From positions 6,200,001-6,264,000 of the forward strand of contig NC_043012.1 of assembly GCF_006345805.1 (NCBI RefSeq): DNA of 64,000 nucleotides, in the 5' to 3' direction. The notes beneath the pieces were generated by a model. It worked only from the letters and a program-made list of their open reading frames with translations, was not told the DNA's origin and made no database searches. The stretch's first letter is position 1. Every line of letters begins with the position of its first letter. Position numbers and translations under genes: made by a program. Positions 1-12,445 of this stretch are shown here, piece after piece. The DNA is from Octopus sinensis (Eukaryota).

Positions 1-71
1 TTTGAACTCAGAACATAGCGGCAGACGAAATACTGCTAAGCATTTCGTCCGGCGTGCTAACGATTCTGCCA
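1..71 (-). mobile_element. SINE family B, 5' tRNA-like head (cut by window edge)
   Basis: Reverse complement TGGCAGAATCGTTAGCACGCCGGACGAAATGCTTAGCAG...GTTCTGAGTTCAAA has Pol III A/B-box-like motifs and matches many copies in the window. Confidence 0.8.
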
Positions 72-84
72 ATTCGCCGCCCTA

Positions 85-515
85 CCATCACCACTACCAT
101 CACCGCTGTCACTGCCACCATCACCACCACTATCGTCGTTGCCACTGCTACCACCACAACCACCACCACCACCACCACCATCACCACCACCACCACCACC
201 ACCACCACCACCACTATCACCACCACCACCACCATCATCATCATTATCCCCAACATCACTTCAGTGCCATCATCATAAACACAACCACCATCCACTGTCA
301 TCATAAACATGATTGTCATCCTTGCCAATGTTAAATCACCATAAACATCATCATCATCAACCCCCATCCCCCCACTACCACCACCACCGCCGCCACCACA
401 ACCACTGCAGCTGACACTACCATCATCACCATCTCCAACATAACCACCACTGCAAGCACCACCTCCACCATCACTACCATCACCACTACAACCACCACCA
501 CCACTATCATCATCA
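85..515. repeat. Compound (CAC)n/(CAT)n microsatellite
   Basis: Seen directly; explains the poly-His/Thr/Val ORFs at 2-525. Confidence 0.95.
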
Positions 516-555
516 TTATCCTCATAAGTATTCTAAGCTTGTAATCTTTCCGCAG

Positions 556-624
556 TGTCCTTCGAACTACAAGTTAGAACGTGCCATCCCAATCAAAGTG
601 TCAGCTCTGATTATGTAAATATAG
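556..624 (+). CDS. Candidate 69-nt phase 1-1 host exon (xSFELQVRTCHPNQSVSSDYVNIx)
   Basis: Acceptor tctttccgcAG, donor ATAG|gtatag, one open frame, non-repeat sequence; no homology confirmed. Confidence 0.25.
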
Positions 625-927
625 GTATAGAATTGTTCCTGCCAACCCCAACAAACCAATAATAGACTGACCGTGTTATTCACTGAAGTTTCACTGCCAA
701 CTCACCAACTTTCGTTTGCTACCTCATCCACCCCTCCTTCTTGAATAAGACATACCTTCATTATCTAAATTTCCATACTTTTAATTATTGTTTAAGTGTT
801 GTTTTGTGCCAGTATATATCTAGACGTATGTAGATGTGTTTTACATATATACATATGTACATCATGTATATATATATATACATGTATGTATGTACATTAT
901 ATATATTATATATGTATGCATGTACAT

Positions 928-2046
928 TATCATCATCATCATCATCATCATCATCGTTTAACGTCCGTTCTCCATGCTAGCATGAGTTGGACGGTTCGAC
1001 TGGAGATCTGGGAAGCCAGAAGGCTGCACCAGGCTCCAGTCTGATCTGGCAGTGTTTCTACAGCTGGATGCCCTTCCTAATGCCAACCACTCCGTGAGTG
1101 TAGTGGGTGTTTTTTACATGCCACCTGTACAGGTGCTAGGCGAGGCTGGCAATGGCCATGATCGGATTGGTGTATTTTACGTGCCACCGGCACGGAAGCC
1201 AGTCTAGGCGAGCTGGCCTCGGCCACGTTCAGATGGTGTTTTTTACATGCCACCGGCACAGGGATCACAACTGCAGTTTCCATTGATTTTGATGTTGGTG
1301 TACTTGACTCAATGGATCTCCTCAAGCACAGGGTCAAAATGGGTTTTCTTCACTTGCCACCTGCACAGGAGTCAGTCCAGCAGTCCTGGCAACTGCCAGG
1401 TGCCAGTCATAGGATTGGTTCAATTTCGATTCCGATTTCACTTGCCCCAACAGGTCTTCGCAAGCAGAGTTTAGTATCCATTGAAGGGAGGTTGGCATGA
1501 GTGCCTGTCGTCGGATGAGGTTCGATTTCGACTTCGCTTGCCTCAACAGGTCTTTGTGTGTCCAAGAGAGGAAAGACATGCATAAGTGGGCTGGACTTAC
1601 TTGTCTTGCTGGGTCTTCTCACGCACAGCATATTTCCAAAGGCCTCGGTTGTTAGTCATTGCTTCGGTGAGGCCTAAATTTCGAAGGTCGTACTTCACCA
1701 CCTCATCCCAGGTTTTCCTGGGTCTACCTCTTCCACGGGTTCCCTCAACTGCTAGGGATTGGCACTTTTTCACACACCTATCTTCATCCATTCTCGCCAC
1801 ATGACCATACCAATGCAATCGTCTCTCTTGCACACCAGAGCTGATGCTTCTTAGGTCCAACATTTCTCTCAAGGTACTAACACTTTGTCGAGTATGCACA
1901 CTGGCATTACACATCCATCGGAACATACTGGCTTCATTCCTCGCGAGCTTACGCATGTCCTCAGCAGTCACGGCCCATGTTTCCCTGCCATGTAGCATGG
2001 CTGTTCGTACACATGCATCATACAGTCTGCCTTTTACTCTGAGCAG
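928..2046 (-). mobile_element. 5'-truncated RTE-clade LINE (ORF C-terminus, 3' UTR, (GAT)n tail)
   Basis: ORF 1597-1998 LHGRETWAV...RLHWYGHVARM...GRGRPRKTW is the RTE ORF C-terminus; 3' motif GGCATTAGGAAGGGCATCCAGCTGTAGAAAC; (CAT)n tail on + strand. Confidence 0.92.
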
Positions 2047-2095
2047 ACTAGTGTATATATATATATATTATATATATATATATATATACACACAC

Positions 2096-2139
<44 letters not shown>

Positions 2140-2145
<6 letters not shown>

Positions 2146-3380
2146 TATCCCGTAAATAATGCAGTATTTTTCAATTGCATGAACTAAAAGTCAGAGGGGT
2201 ATGGGATAAAACTACCTGCATCGACTTGTTATAAAAGCAGGTAGTAATTTTACCTTGTCCTTATTATTAGTGCAAGTTTTGAAGAGTGCACTTCGATTTT
2301 AACAGTTATTTTTTTTCCAAGTTATATTGGAAGTGACAAAGGAGTATATTTGGCATATTTTGCTTCATGAGTTCAATAAAGGCATCAACACAACGGAAAG
2401 TGCAAGGAATATTTATGCAGTATATGGGGATCTGACAATAAGCATAAGCCAGTGTCAACAGTGGTTCCAGAAATTCCACAGCCTAGGAGAGGAATTTCCT
2501 CCTGGAAGATCTGCTAACCCTGGTGGAACAAAATCCCATCGTAACTGTTGAGGAGCTAGCATAGAAGCTTGGATTTGGTCATTCAACCATTCATCGACAC
2601 CTGCATGCCATCAGAAAAGTCAGCAAATTGGGTCAATGGGTTTCTCACAAACTTTCTGAGTCTAATTGCATGCAGAGAGTGAATGTGTGCTCTTCTTTGC
2701 TGTCACATATCATGAATGAACCTGTTTTGGATTGAATAGTAACTGGTGATGAGAAATGGGTTCTCTATAAAAATGTCAAGCGCTGAAGACAGTGGGTAGG
2801 GAAAGGATAAACACCAACATCCCAGGTTAAAGAAGGTCTTCACCCTCATAAGTTGTTATGTGTTTGGTAGGATATGAAAGGTTTAGTCCACTTTGAACTT
2901 TTAAGCTCAAACCAAACGATAACAAAGGAGATCTACTGTGAGCAGCTTGTGTCAGTGCTAGATGAAAGATCGACCATTTTTGGTTTGAAGACGAAAGATG
3001 TTCCCCCATTAGGATAAAGCTAGGTCACATACAGTGAGGATGACATTCCAAAGGCTGGATTAGTTAGAACGGGAAATGATACCCCACCCACCATATTTGC
3101 CAGGCATTGACCCATCTGATTATCATTTATTCCACAGTTTTCAAAATCATTTGGACAGAAAAATATGAATTCTGTAGATGAGGTCAGAACAGCATTGAAG
3201 GAGTACTTTTCGTCATGAACAAGTGAATTTTGGAAGAGGGGCCTTACAAGTCTACCAGATAGATGGAAGAGCATTGTAGAAAATGAAGGAGAGTATATTT
3301 TAGATGAAAAAAGAACATTGTTTATCTTAATTTCAAAAAATGAAAGTATAGGAAACTGCATTATTTATGGGATGACCCAG
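2140..3380 (+). mobile_element. Degenerate mariner (Mos1/SETMAR-like) DNA transposon, about 1.24 kb
   Basis: 24-bp TIRs GGGTTATCCCGTAAATAATGCAGT (2142-2165) / ACTGCATTATTTATGGGATGACCC (3355-3378), TA context; transposase relics: HTH start MEVTKEYIWHILL, WVSHKL (WVPHEL), IVTGDEKW, YLPGIDPSDYHLF (YSPDLAPxD); multiple stops and frameshifts. Confidence 0.93.
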
Positions 3381-3389
3381 TATATATAG

Positions 3390-3785
3390 GTACAGGTGTG
3401 GCTGTGTAGTAAGAAGCTTGCTTCCCAACCACATGGTTCTGGGTTCAGTCCCACTGCATGGCAACTTGAGCAAATGTCTTCTACTATAGCCTTGGGCCAA
3501 TCAAAGGTTTGTGAGTAGATTTGGTAAATGGAAACAGAAGGAAGCCTATTGTATGTGTGTGTGTTTGTGTGTGTGTGTGTGTTTGTGTCTGTGATTGTTC
3601 CCCGCCACTGCCTGACAATCAGTGCTGGTGTGTTTACGTCCCTGTAACTTAGCGGTTTGGCAAAAGAGACCAATAAACTAAGTACCGAGCTTTAAAACAG
3701 TAAGTACTGGGGTTGATTCATTCGACTAAACAAATTGTTGAAGGCAGTGCTCCAGCATGGCTGAAACAAGCAAAAGATAAAAGAT
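3390..3785 (+). mobile_element. SINE family A (tRNA-like head, internal (TG)n, conserved tail)
   Basis: Head GGTGTGGCTGTGTAGTAAGAAGC...GGGTTCAGTCCC; many near-identical copies in window. Confidence 0.85.
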
Positions 3786-4312
3786 ACATATATATTTTAT
3801 CAGTCTCTTTTGACCGAACTGCCAAGTTATAATAAAAACAATTTTACATTAATCTGATTGGTTACTTTATACTTTTGTAGATTACAAATTTTTCATTCTT
3901 AAACAAGGATACTATTGACAGTGAAACTGAGTCCCAAACCGCATGGTTGCAAAATGAGCCTCTTAATCACCAAGCCACATGTGTGTTTGTGTGTGTGTAA
4001 TTTTTGTTCTACGTGTTCAGTTTTCTTTGTGTATTTTAAGGTCTATAATTCTTGAGATAACAATGTTCTTTTTGAAGATAAATCTGTTTCTTATGTAGTA
4101 TTTTCCTTTTTTTTTATATATATTTAATTCTGTTCTTTGTAGTTATAGGTGTGAAATAATTTATGATCGAGATTTAATGTTTGCATTTGCAATAATATGC
4201 AGGTTTAGACGCAAAAGGGCATATACTAAAGTTTCACTACCGCTTCTTTTCTATTAATCCCCTGGTGGCATTTAGGTTTTTAATGTTGTTTGACACTGCA
4301 TGATTGACTAAT

Positions 4313-4886
4313 CCTGCTCCAATGTTGAAATCATAATGATATCTGTTATGCAGCTGATGATGGGTATGGTCCTGCCCCAGTGTTGAAATCATAATGATGT
4401 CTGTTATGCAGCTGATGATGGGTATGGTCCTGCCCCAGTGTTGAAATCATAATGATATCTGTTATGCAGCTGATGATGGGTATGGTCCTGCCCCAGTGTT
4501 GAAATCATAATGATATCTGTTATGCAGCTGATGATGGGTATGGTCCTGCCCCAGTGTTGAAATCATAATGATATCTGTTATGCAGCTGATGATGGGTATG
4601 GTCCTGCCCCAGTGTTGAAATCATAATGATGTCTGTTATGCAGCTGATGACGGGTATGGTCCTGCCCCAGTGTTGAAATCATAATGATATCTGTTATGCA
4701 GCTGATGATGGGTATGGTCCTGCCCCAGTGTTGAAATCATAATGATATCTGTTATGCAGCTGATGACGGGTATGGTCCTGCCCCAGTGTTGAAATCATAA
4801 TGATATCTGTTATGCAGCTGATGATGGGTATGGTCCTGCCCCAGTGTTGAAATCATAATGATATCTGTTATGCAGCTGATGATGGG
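4313..4886. repeat. 58-bp tandem repeat, about 10 copies
   Basis: Unit CCTGCCCCAGTGTTGAAATCATAATGATATCTGTTATGCAGCTGATGATGGGTATGGT starts at 4313, 4371, 4429 ... 4835. Confidence 0.97.
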
Positions 4887-5064
4887 AATATATATATTTG
4901 ATGTACATATTATCTGCAGATCTTTTATATTGTGTCTTCTCATTGTTTTAAGTTGTCCTTCATTCAGGTAGGGTTGAACTTGTTAAGAGGACCTTGGTGG
5001 TTTTGTTGTTTACATTATATCACGCATTGATTGAACTAGGACTCTGACAGATTCAAAAATGAGG

Positions 5065-5345
5065 GTTCCAGTTGATCCAACAAACAGAACAGCCTGCTTG
5101 TGATATTAATGTGCAAGTGGCTGAGCACTCCACAAACACATGTACTCTTAACGTAGTTCTGAGGGAGATTCTGCATGACACGGAATGTGACAAGGCTGAC
5201 CCTTTGGAATACAGGAACTACTCATTTTTGCCAGCTGAGTGGACTGAAGCGACATGAAATAAAGTGTCTTGCTCAAAGACACTTTAAGTGCCACTGGGAA
5301 CCGAACACACGACTTCAAGATTGTGAGACAAGTTCCCTAACCATT
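5065..5345 (-). mobile_element. SINE family C
   Basis: Antisense to the core CACTTCATTTCACGTTGCTCCAGTCCACTCAGCTGGCAAAAATGAG seen at 49254-49505. Confidence 0.7.
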
Positions 5346-5994
5346 TGACCACACACCTTCACCCATATATTGATACTGTGTGATTGTCCTTCATAGAATC
5401 AGCAAGCTCAAGAGCTGCCCTGGGTGATGGACACTCTAGCTATGCAACTGACCCAGGGCAGTCTCATGCAGGTTGATATCAAAATCATTGATGATACAGC
5501 TTGTGTGTAGTTACTAAGTTTGCTAGAAATAGCAGTCAAATATCTGTCTACCTACTAAAGAAAGGACCCGATGGATAGCATAGTCCATGCTGCACATTGT
5601 ACCTGAATAAAAAAATAAAAAATAGAACATCAGAGGTCGACAGGATCAGAGTTGACCTGGGGTTAAATAGCACCATCATCAGTGAAAAAGAAATAAAAAG
5701 ACTATGAAATAATGACAATGACATTGATTATGTTAACGATGATAGTGGTAGTAGTGATAGTAGTGGTGGTGGTGGTGGCGGTGGTTGTACTGTTAATAGT
5801 TGTGGCGTTGGTAGTGTTGATGATCGTTATACAATAGATACTCACTGAAAGTTATTTTGATAGGAAATACCTCAAATGTTTACAGAAACCACAATGGTCG
5901 TTACCCATGAATATTCTAGATTCTTCATTGTTATGTTTGCATTGTTGTTAATGTTGTGTGTTTTTGTGTGTGTATCTTTAGTTATCTGTTTATT

Positions 5995-6011
5995 CTACCT
6001 ATATATATACA

Positions 6012-6064
<53 letters not shown>

Positions 6065-6084
6065 TATATATATATAATATATAT

Positions 6085-6116
<32 letters not shown>

Positions 6117-6162
6117 ATATATATATATAATATAATATATATATATATATATAATATATATA

Positions 6163-6194
<32 letters not shown>

Positions 6195-6600
6195 GTATGT
6201 ATATATGTGAATGTATATATGTGTCTGTGTGTATATGTGTGTGTGTATGTATATGTGTGTATGTGTGTGTATATATATTTGCATATATATGTGTGTGTAG
6301 ATATGCGTATACAAATGTATATATATATATATATTTATGCATGTATAATGTGTGTGTGTTTGTATATATAAGTGTGCAAGAACACTTGTACAAGTATATT
6401 GGCACACACACACACACACACATAATGTATGTCTATATATATGTGCGTGTGTGTTTGTTTTTATAAGTACATGCATGCAAACACACACATACTCATTCAC
6501 AGGAACACACAAACATAATACAGGTATGCATGCATACACCAACACACACACGCACACACACACACACACACACCCACACCCCAATACACAAACGCAAGCA
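5995..6600. repeat. Compound (TA)n/(TG)n/(CA)n microsatellite
   Basis: Seen directly. Confidence 0.95.
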
Positions 6601-7001
6601 CGCGCAGTCACTAACTAACAAAAACGCTCCATTACTCAATCACAGACATAAATACACTCCCCCCACCCCCCACCCCACACACGGACCCCCCTCCCACACA
6701 GAACCTCCTCTCCACATTCCACCCGTGAGACCAACCTACCCAGCAGTTGCTTGGGTACTTCATAAAAATAAGAATTTATCTTAATCTTAGCAAGGACTTC
6801 AGTTTAAGCAGTGATCCAAGAATGTGTGCTTTTTATGTTCGATAGTAGTAGCAGCAGCAGCAGCAGCAGCAGCAGTCTGTTTTTGGTTACCTGCAGGTCT
6901 GTGCTGGATTGAGCAGAGACCTATGATCAAAGTATTTCTAGCAGTCTGAGTGACCACATAAAGGCTTTCTCATTGACCCAGTAGTTTTAGCATTATTATT
7001 A

Positions 7002-7033
<32 letters not shown>

Positions 7034-7034
7034 T

Positions 7035-7445
7035 CGCTTTACTCTTTTATTTGTTTCAGTCATTTGACTGTGGCCATGCTGGAGCACCACCTTTTAGTCG
7101 AGCAAATCGACCCCAGGACTTATTCTTTGTAAGCCTAGTACTTATTCTATCGGTCTCTTTTGCTGAACCGCTAAGTTATGGGGACATGAACACACCAGCA
7201 TCGGTTGTCAAGCGATGTTGGGGGGACAAACACAGACACACAAACACGCACACACATATATATATATACATATATAAGACGGGCTTCTTTCAGTTTCCGT
7301 CTACCAAATCCACTCATAAGGCTTTGGTCGGCCCGAGGCTATAGTAAAAGACACTTACCCAAGGTGCCATGCAGTGGGAATGAACCCGGAACCATGTGGT
7401 TGGTAAGCAAGCTACTTACCACACAGCCACTCCTATGCCTATTAC
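7035..7445 (-). mobile_element. SINE family A
   Basis: Full-length antisense copy with internal (CA)/(TA) tract. Confidence 0.88.
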
Positions 7446-7689
7446 TATTATTATTATTATTATTAGTAGTAGTAGTAGTAGTAGTAGTAGGAGGAGGAGA
7501 TGGGGGAGGGGGGAGGGGAGGAGGAGGAGCAGTAATGGCAGCTGTTGTTTTGTCCCAGGTCCTCTTGGATTCAATAAACCCATACATAAGGAATCAAAAG
7601 GAATCTAACTATGACCATCCCATCTATTTAAGAATATCTACGAGTGTGTTATTCAATTCGATGTGTCCGTATGCATACATCTATTATCA

Positions 7690-7870
7690 ACTGCTGTGGG
7701 CCAGTCTCGAAATGTTGAGCCTTACGAGGGAGATGACAGAGGACTGACGTATGTGGCGTATTGCTGTGCTCATGAAGACCTGCCCACCACTACAGAAATT
7801 GAGATCCTAAAACCAAGGCACCATGTTAAAAGCATTGATGTGGTGTGGATGCTGGTGCCATGGGAAATGT
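7690..7870 (+). pseudogene. Old RTE ORF C-terminal relic
   Basis: LEMLSLTREMTED*RMWRIAVLMKT aligns by eye to LRTLGLTMEMTRDRDLWKYAVREKT of the younger RTE copies. Confidence 0.55.
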
Positions 7871-8946
7871 TCTGGTGCTGGTACCATGTAAAAGATACTG
7901 GTCATAATTATCATCATCATCATTTAATGTCCATGTTCCATGCTAGCATGGGTGGAATGGTACCACTAGAGCCAGCCAGGCTGAAACCTGCACCAGACTT
8001 CTGTGACTGTTTTGGCAGGATTTCTACAGCTGTATGCCCTTCCTAACACCAAGGGGTCATCAGTTTCAAAATGCACCCGGTACACTCTGTAAAGTGGTTG
8101 GCATTAGGAAGGGCATCCATGTGTAGAAACCAAACCAGAATAGATTATGGAGTCTGGTGTAGCCTTTGGCCTTGCCAATTCCTGTCAAGCCACCCAAACC
8201 AAGCCAGCATGGACATTAGATGTTGATGCTTAGTCAAATGAGAAAGGGCAGAAACCCTCGTTTCGAGGGTTTCTGATAGCAGTAGTAGAGACAGTGGAGA
8301 TAATCCTCTGACCAAAGACTTGGACGAAATTTTTACAAAAGGGTGGGTTCTGCTAAAGTCTCTCAAGGACCAGGGGGTGAGATTAAGCATCACCAGTAAC
8401 AACACTATCATCATCCTCATCAACACCACCACCACCTCCACTGCCAACATTGTCATTGGCATCATCTTCATCATTATCCTTGCCACTATCATCATCATTT
8501 TTTGATGTTCACTTCTCCGTGTTTATATGAGTCAAATGGAATCTGTTGAGGTGAATTTCATATGGCTGGATGCCCTCTCTGTCACCAACCTTCTTTGCTT
8601 GCAAGTGAGGCAATATTTTCTCATGAATGGATATGTTTTCATAGAAGATTGGAAACAAGAAAATCCCCACCATTTGTACAGTGGTGACACACCATAATTA
8701 TCACAATGTCTCACACACACAAATGCATACTCACACACTCATATATACACACCTATGCACATATATATATATATATACATAGGTAAGCAGAGTTAGTGGT
8801 TGGAATAGCTGTCTAAAGGATAAGAATATCCGTTATCTTACCACCGGTGTCATTTACCTATGCTATCCCCGGGCATGGGTATGCAAGCACACTATGCTCA
8901 TGGGGTACAGGTAAAAACTGAATAAACAAAATTTTATCAGGAAACA

Positions 8947-9146
8947 AATTTAAATTAAGCAGAAAATAGAGGAAACTTTAGAACAACAAGCAAACAAATT
9001 GACCAACATCGGTTGATTATTTTTTGAAACAAAACATAATATATCATTACATGTAATGTTATGTTTTGTATTAAAACATAATTAGCCGATGTTGGTCAAT
9101 TTGTTTGTTGATCTAAAGTTTCTTCCATTTTCTGCTTATTTAAATT
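8947..9146. repeat. 200-bp imperfect palindrome (fold-back / MITE-like)
   Basis: Arms of about 90 bp, e.g. CAAACAAATTGACCAACATCGG / CCGATGTTGGTCAATTTGTTTG, centred on perfect palindrome CATTACATGTAATG (9045-9058). Confidence 0.9.
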
Positions 9147-9269
9147 ATATATATATAATGCGGTGCATCAGCATGGCCACAGCTCTGAGCTGAAACTAGA
9201 GAGAAAAAAAATGCATATATATATAATATATATATATATATAATATATATATATATATATTATATATAT

Positions 9270-9440
9270 ATATATGCAAGAAGCTTCTTTCGGTTTCTGT
9301 TAACAAAATCCATTCTCAAGATTTTAGTTGCTCTAGAGTTAGAGTAAAGGATACTTGCTCAAGATGCCATGCAGTAGGATTGAACTGGAAACCATGATGT
9401 TTGGAAGCAAACTGCTAACTTCTTAACCACAGAGCCATAG
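9270..9440 (-). mobile_element. SINE family A, 5' half (diverged)
   Basis: Antisense head GATGCCATGCAGTAGGATTGAACTGGAAACC. Confidence 0.65.
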
Positions 9441-9559
9441 CTGGAACTCTCTCAAACTTTTTTTTTTTTCTGCATCCCAAGTTGTAGAGTTCTGCCTTCT
9501 TCGTTGCTGAGTGAAATGTTTGTCTTTTATCAAGCTGTTTTGTTTTTTTAATCTCTGCT

Positions 9560-10310
9560 TCTATGTTTAAAATTCTTTTCACTGTTCCTTTTTTGTCTAT
9601 GAGAACAAGGTCACTGGCAAGCAGAATTTCCCACAGGGAGCCAGTCTTGAAGTTCACTTTTGTGGTCTGGGGAAATGTAATAAAGAGAACAGAGCTGAGA
9701 ATCAAGTCCTTGATAGACAACTTCTTGTTTACTGAATTCTTTACATAGTATGAGGAAAACTCAGTTTAAAATAGACCCACAGGGCAAGTCCTTGCAGAGG
9801 TCTTCATGGCCAAGCAATATACAGAACAGTTCAGGTAAAAGAGCTCACATGAAGGTTCTAATTTCAATCCCCACTGAAGGTGGCATTTCAAAAGCAGCAA
9901 GAAGAAACTTGAGTCATGACTTAGGTGGGACCAGCTCCTTTAGAATGTCAGGAACTAACAGGCTGAAGTACTTACTTGATGGGAGTTCTTCCTCTGAAGA
10001 TCTCTCCTGCTATCCATCCATCTGCTTGCCCCGTAGCAAGTTTTCACTCATTGAACTTGTTAACTTTGACCTTGCTGACAGAAACCCCTGTATATTGTTG
10101 GCACAGTTCTCACAAACTATTCAGCTGTACTCAGCTTTTTTAGTTACCATCAGACTACAGAGAACAGGTCCTGAATAAGGCTTTGACAAAGACTTTCTCC
10201 AGGCCAGCAAATTCTAGGCATAGTGTTGTGCTCTTAGCTACAAACTTCTCCTGTAGTTGTCTTACTGAAATTAGAGCAATCAGAGGAATTCTTTTCTGGC
10301 ACAAACCAGG
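9560..10310 (-). pseudogene. Ancient RTE reverse-transcriptase relic interrupted by a SINE
   Basis: VRQLQEKFVAKSTTLCLEFAGLEKVF and QGLILSSVLFI...FKTGSLWEILLASDLVLI align to VRQLQEKYLAKDKPLYLAFVDMEKAF and QGSVLSPLLFI...FKTGCPWELLYADDLALI of the RTE at 21720-22472. Confidence 0.8.
9743..10042 (+). mobile_element. SINE-like family D inserted in the RTE relic
   Basis: Splits contiguous RT homology; homologous in opposite orientation to 50150-50420; B-box-like TTTCAATCCCCACT. Confidence 0.6.
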
Positions 10311-10391
10311 ACTACATGTGATTGTCATCGTTGTTGTTGGCATCTTTGGTGGTGGCATTGGCAGTATCAATGACAGTGACATCAGCAGTGA

Positions 10392-10447
<56 letters not shown>

Positions 10448-10919
10448 ATAGCTTTTCTTAATGTCTACTTTTCCATACTTCGCAGGGGTCAGATGTAATT
10501 TGTTGAGGTGGGTTTTCTATAGTCAGATGCCCTTCCTGTTGTCAACCCTCACCTGTTTCCAAGTAAGCTAATTATCCCACACAGCCAGAAATGTTCTCAA
10601 GGATGACTGGAAAATAGTGAACACTGTTTTCATTATGGGGTTGGTTGGTTGGTTGGGGGTGTAAACAAACCAATACCAGTCATCAAGCAGTGATTTTGTA
10701 AGGGACAAACACAGACACAAAGGCACACACATACTCACTCTCATGCACACATACACATGACAGACTTTCACATAGTTTCTATTTGCCAAATTCACTCATA
10801 GAGCATTGGTTAGTGTTTGGGTCTATAATAGAAAACACTTTACCAGGGTGCTATGTGGTGGGACTGAACCTGAAACCAAGTGGCTGCAAATTGATCTTTT
10901 TAACCACAAAGCTATGCAT

Positions 10920-10935
10920 TGCACCCATTGAAGAT

Positions 10936-10979
<44 letters not shown>

Positions 10980-11340
10980 TATCATCTTCATCATCATCAT
11001 TTAGCATCTGCTTTCCATGGTGGCATGGGTTGGACGGACAGTTTGACTGAAACTGGTAAACTGAAGGGCTACACCAGGTTCCAATCTGATTTGGCATGGT
11101 TTCCATGGCTGGACGCCCTTCCTAATGCCAACCAGTCCAAGACAGTAACCAGTGCTTTATACAAGCAACCAGCACAGGTGCCATTTACGTGACACTGGCA
11201 TTGGCCATGTCTACAATTTCACTTGGCTTGAGGGGGTCTTCTCAAGCATGGCATATCACCAAAGGTCTCAGTCACTTGCCATAGCCTCCATGGAGGCTTC
11301 ACCACCTCATCCCATGTCTTCCTGGGTCTACCCCTTCCTT
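10920..11340 (-). mobile_element. RTE 3' UTR fragment with (GAT)n tail
   Basis: GCCCTTCCTAATGCCAACC motif and (CAT)n tail. Confidence 0.75.
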
Positions 11341-11489
11341 CTGTTTAAATTTCCTAACAATAACCATGTGATAGCAGATTGTGTTTCTTAAACTATATGG
11401 TCATAATGTTTATTGGCAGTAATTTCTACCTTAACTATAACTAATAAGTATAAATCTTTAATAAGATAATATAGGATATAACATAGAGC

Positions 11490-11885
11490 AGCAAGGATGG
11501 CAGGATCGTTAGCATGCCAGGTGAAATACTTAGCGGTATTTCGTCTGCTGTTATGTTCTGAGTTCAAATTCTGCTGAGGTTGGCTTTGCCTTTTATTCTT
11601 TCGGGGTTGATAAATTAAGTACCGGCTACGCACTGGGGTCGATATAATCGACTTAACCCGTTTGTCTGTCCTTGTTTGTCCTCTCTGTGTTTAGCCCCTT
11701 GTGGGTAGTAAAGAAATAGGTATTTCGCTGTTATGTTCTGAGTTCAAATTCTGCCAAGGTTGGCTTTGCCTTTTATCCTTTCGGGGTTGATTAAATAAGT
11801 ACCAGTTACGCACTGGGGTTGATGTAATTGACTTCATCCCTTTGTTTGACCTCTCTATGTTTAGCCCCCCTGTGGGCAATAAAAA
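11490..11885 (+). mobile_element. Two head-to-tail SINE B copies
   Basis: Repeated GTTCTGAGTTCAAATTCTGC...CCTTTCGGGGTTGA...AAGTACC core. Confidence 0.8.
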
Positions 11886-12070
11886 AATAAATATAGGGTG
11901 TAATAATAATGGTGAAGATGATGATGATGATAAAGAAAACAAATAATGATGTGAACAAAATGGAAATGTATCTTGTCTCGGCACAAGAGATAAATATAAT
12001 ACTGAAATAGACCATGAAATGAAATTGTGTTGCGTATGTATCTATGTATGTATGTACGCACACATGCATG

Positions 12071-12111
<41 letters not shown>

Positions 12112-12379
12112 ATATATGTTCCAGACACTTTATTCAGCTTGTTTATTAGTTTAGCATCAATAACAATATATTTTTTAGTTTTGTTTTTGTTATTTTACTT
12201 CTTTCTTTCTCTTATTTCATTTGTTCAGTTAATCAATCTCTAATTAACTTCTCTCAACTGTTATCATTTAATCTCAACATTAAATAACTTTACTTTTTTC
12301 TTCTGGCAAAATCATTAGAGCACCATTTGTTCCGGCGCTTTACGTTCTGAGGTGCTTATAACTTGTACTGACATAAAAA

Positions 12380-12399
12380 ATATTTAGCAATGATTATCA

Positions 12400-12445
<46 letters not shown>

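Noticed and set aside
4313-4886. Hammerhead-like reading of the 58-bp repeat (CUGAUGA...GAAAUCAU-A-AUGAU)
   Set aside because: Five unpaired bases lie between the possible stem II and GAAA, and stem I is out of register by one base; probably coincidental.
4313-4886. CRISPR-like array (also considered for 46380-46650)
   Set aside because: No unique spacers, no cas genes, eukaryotic context.
9743-10042. Possible DIRS-element coding fragment on the minus strand
   Set aside because: Frames have stops, and the segment is better explained as a SINE-like repeat with a second copy at 50150-50420.
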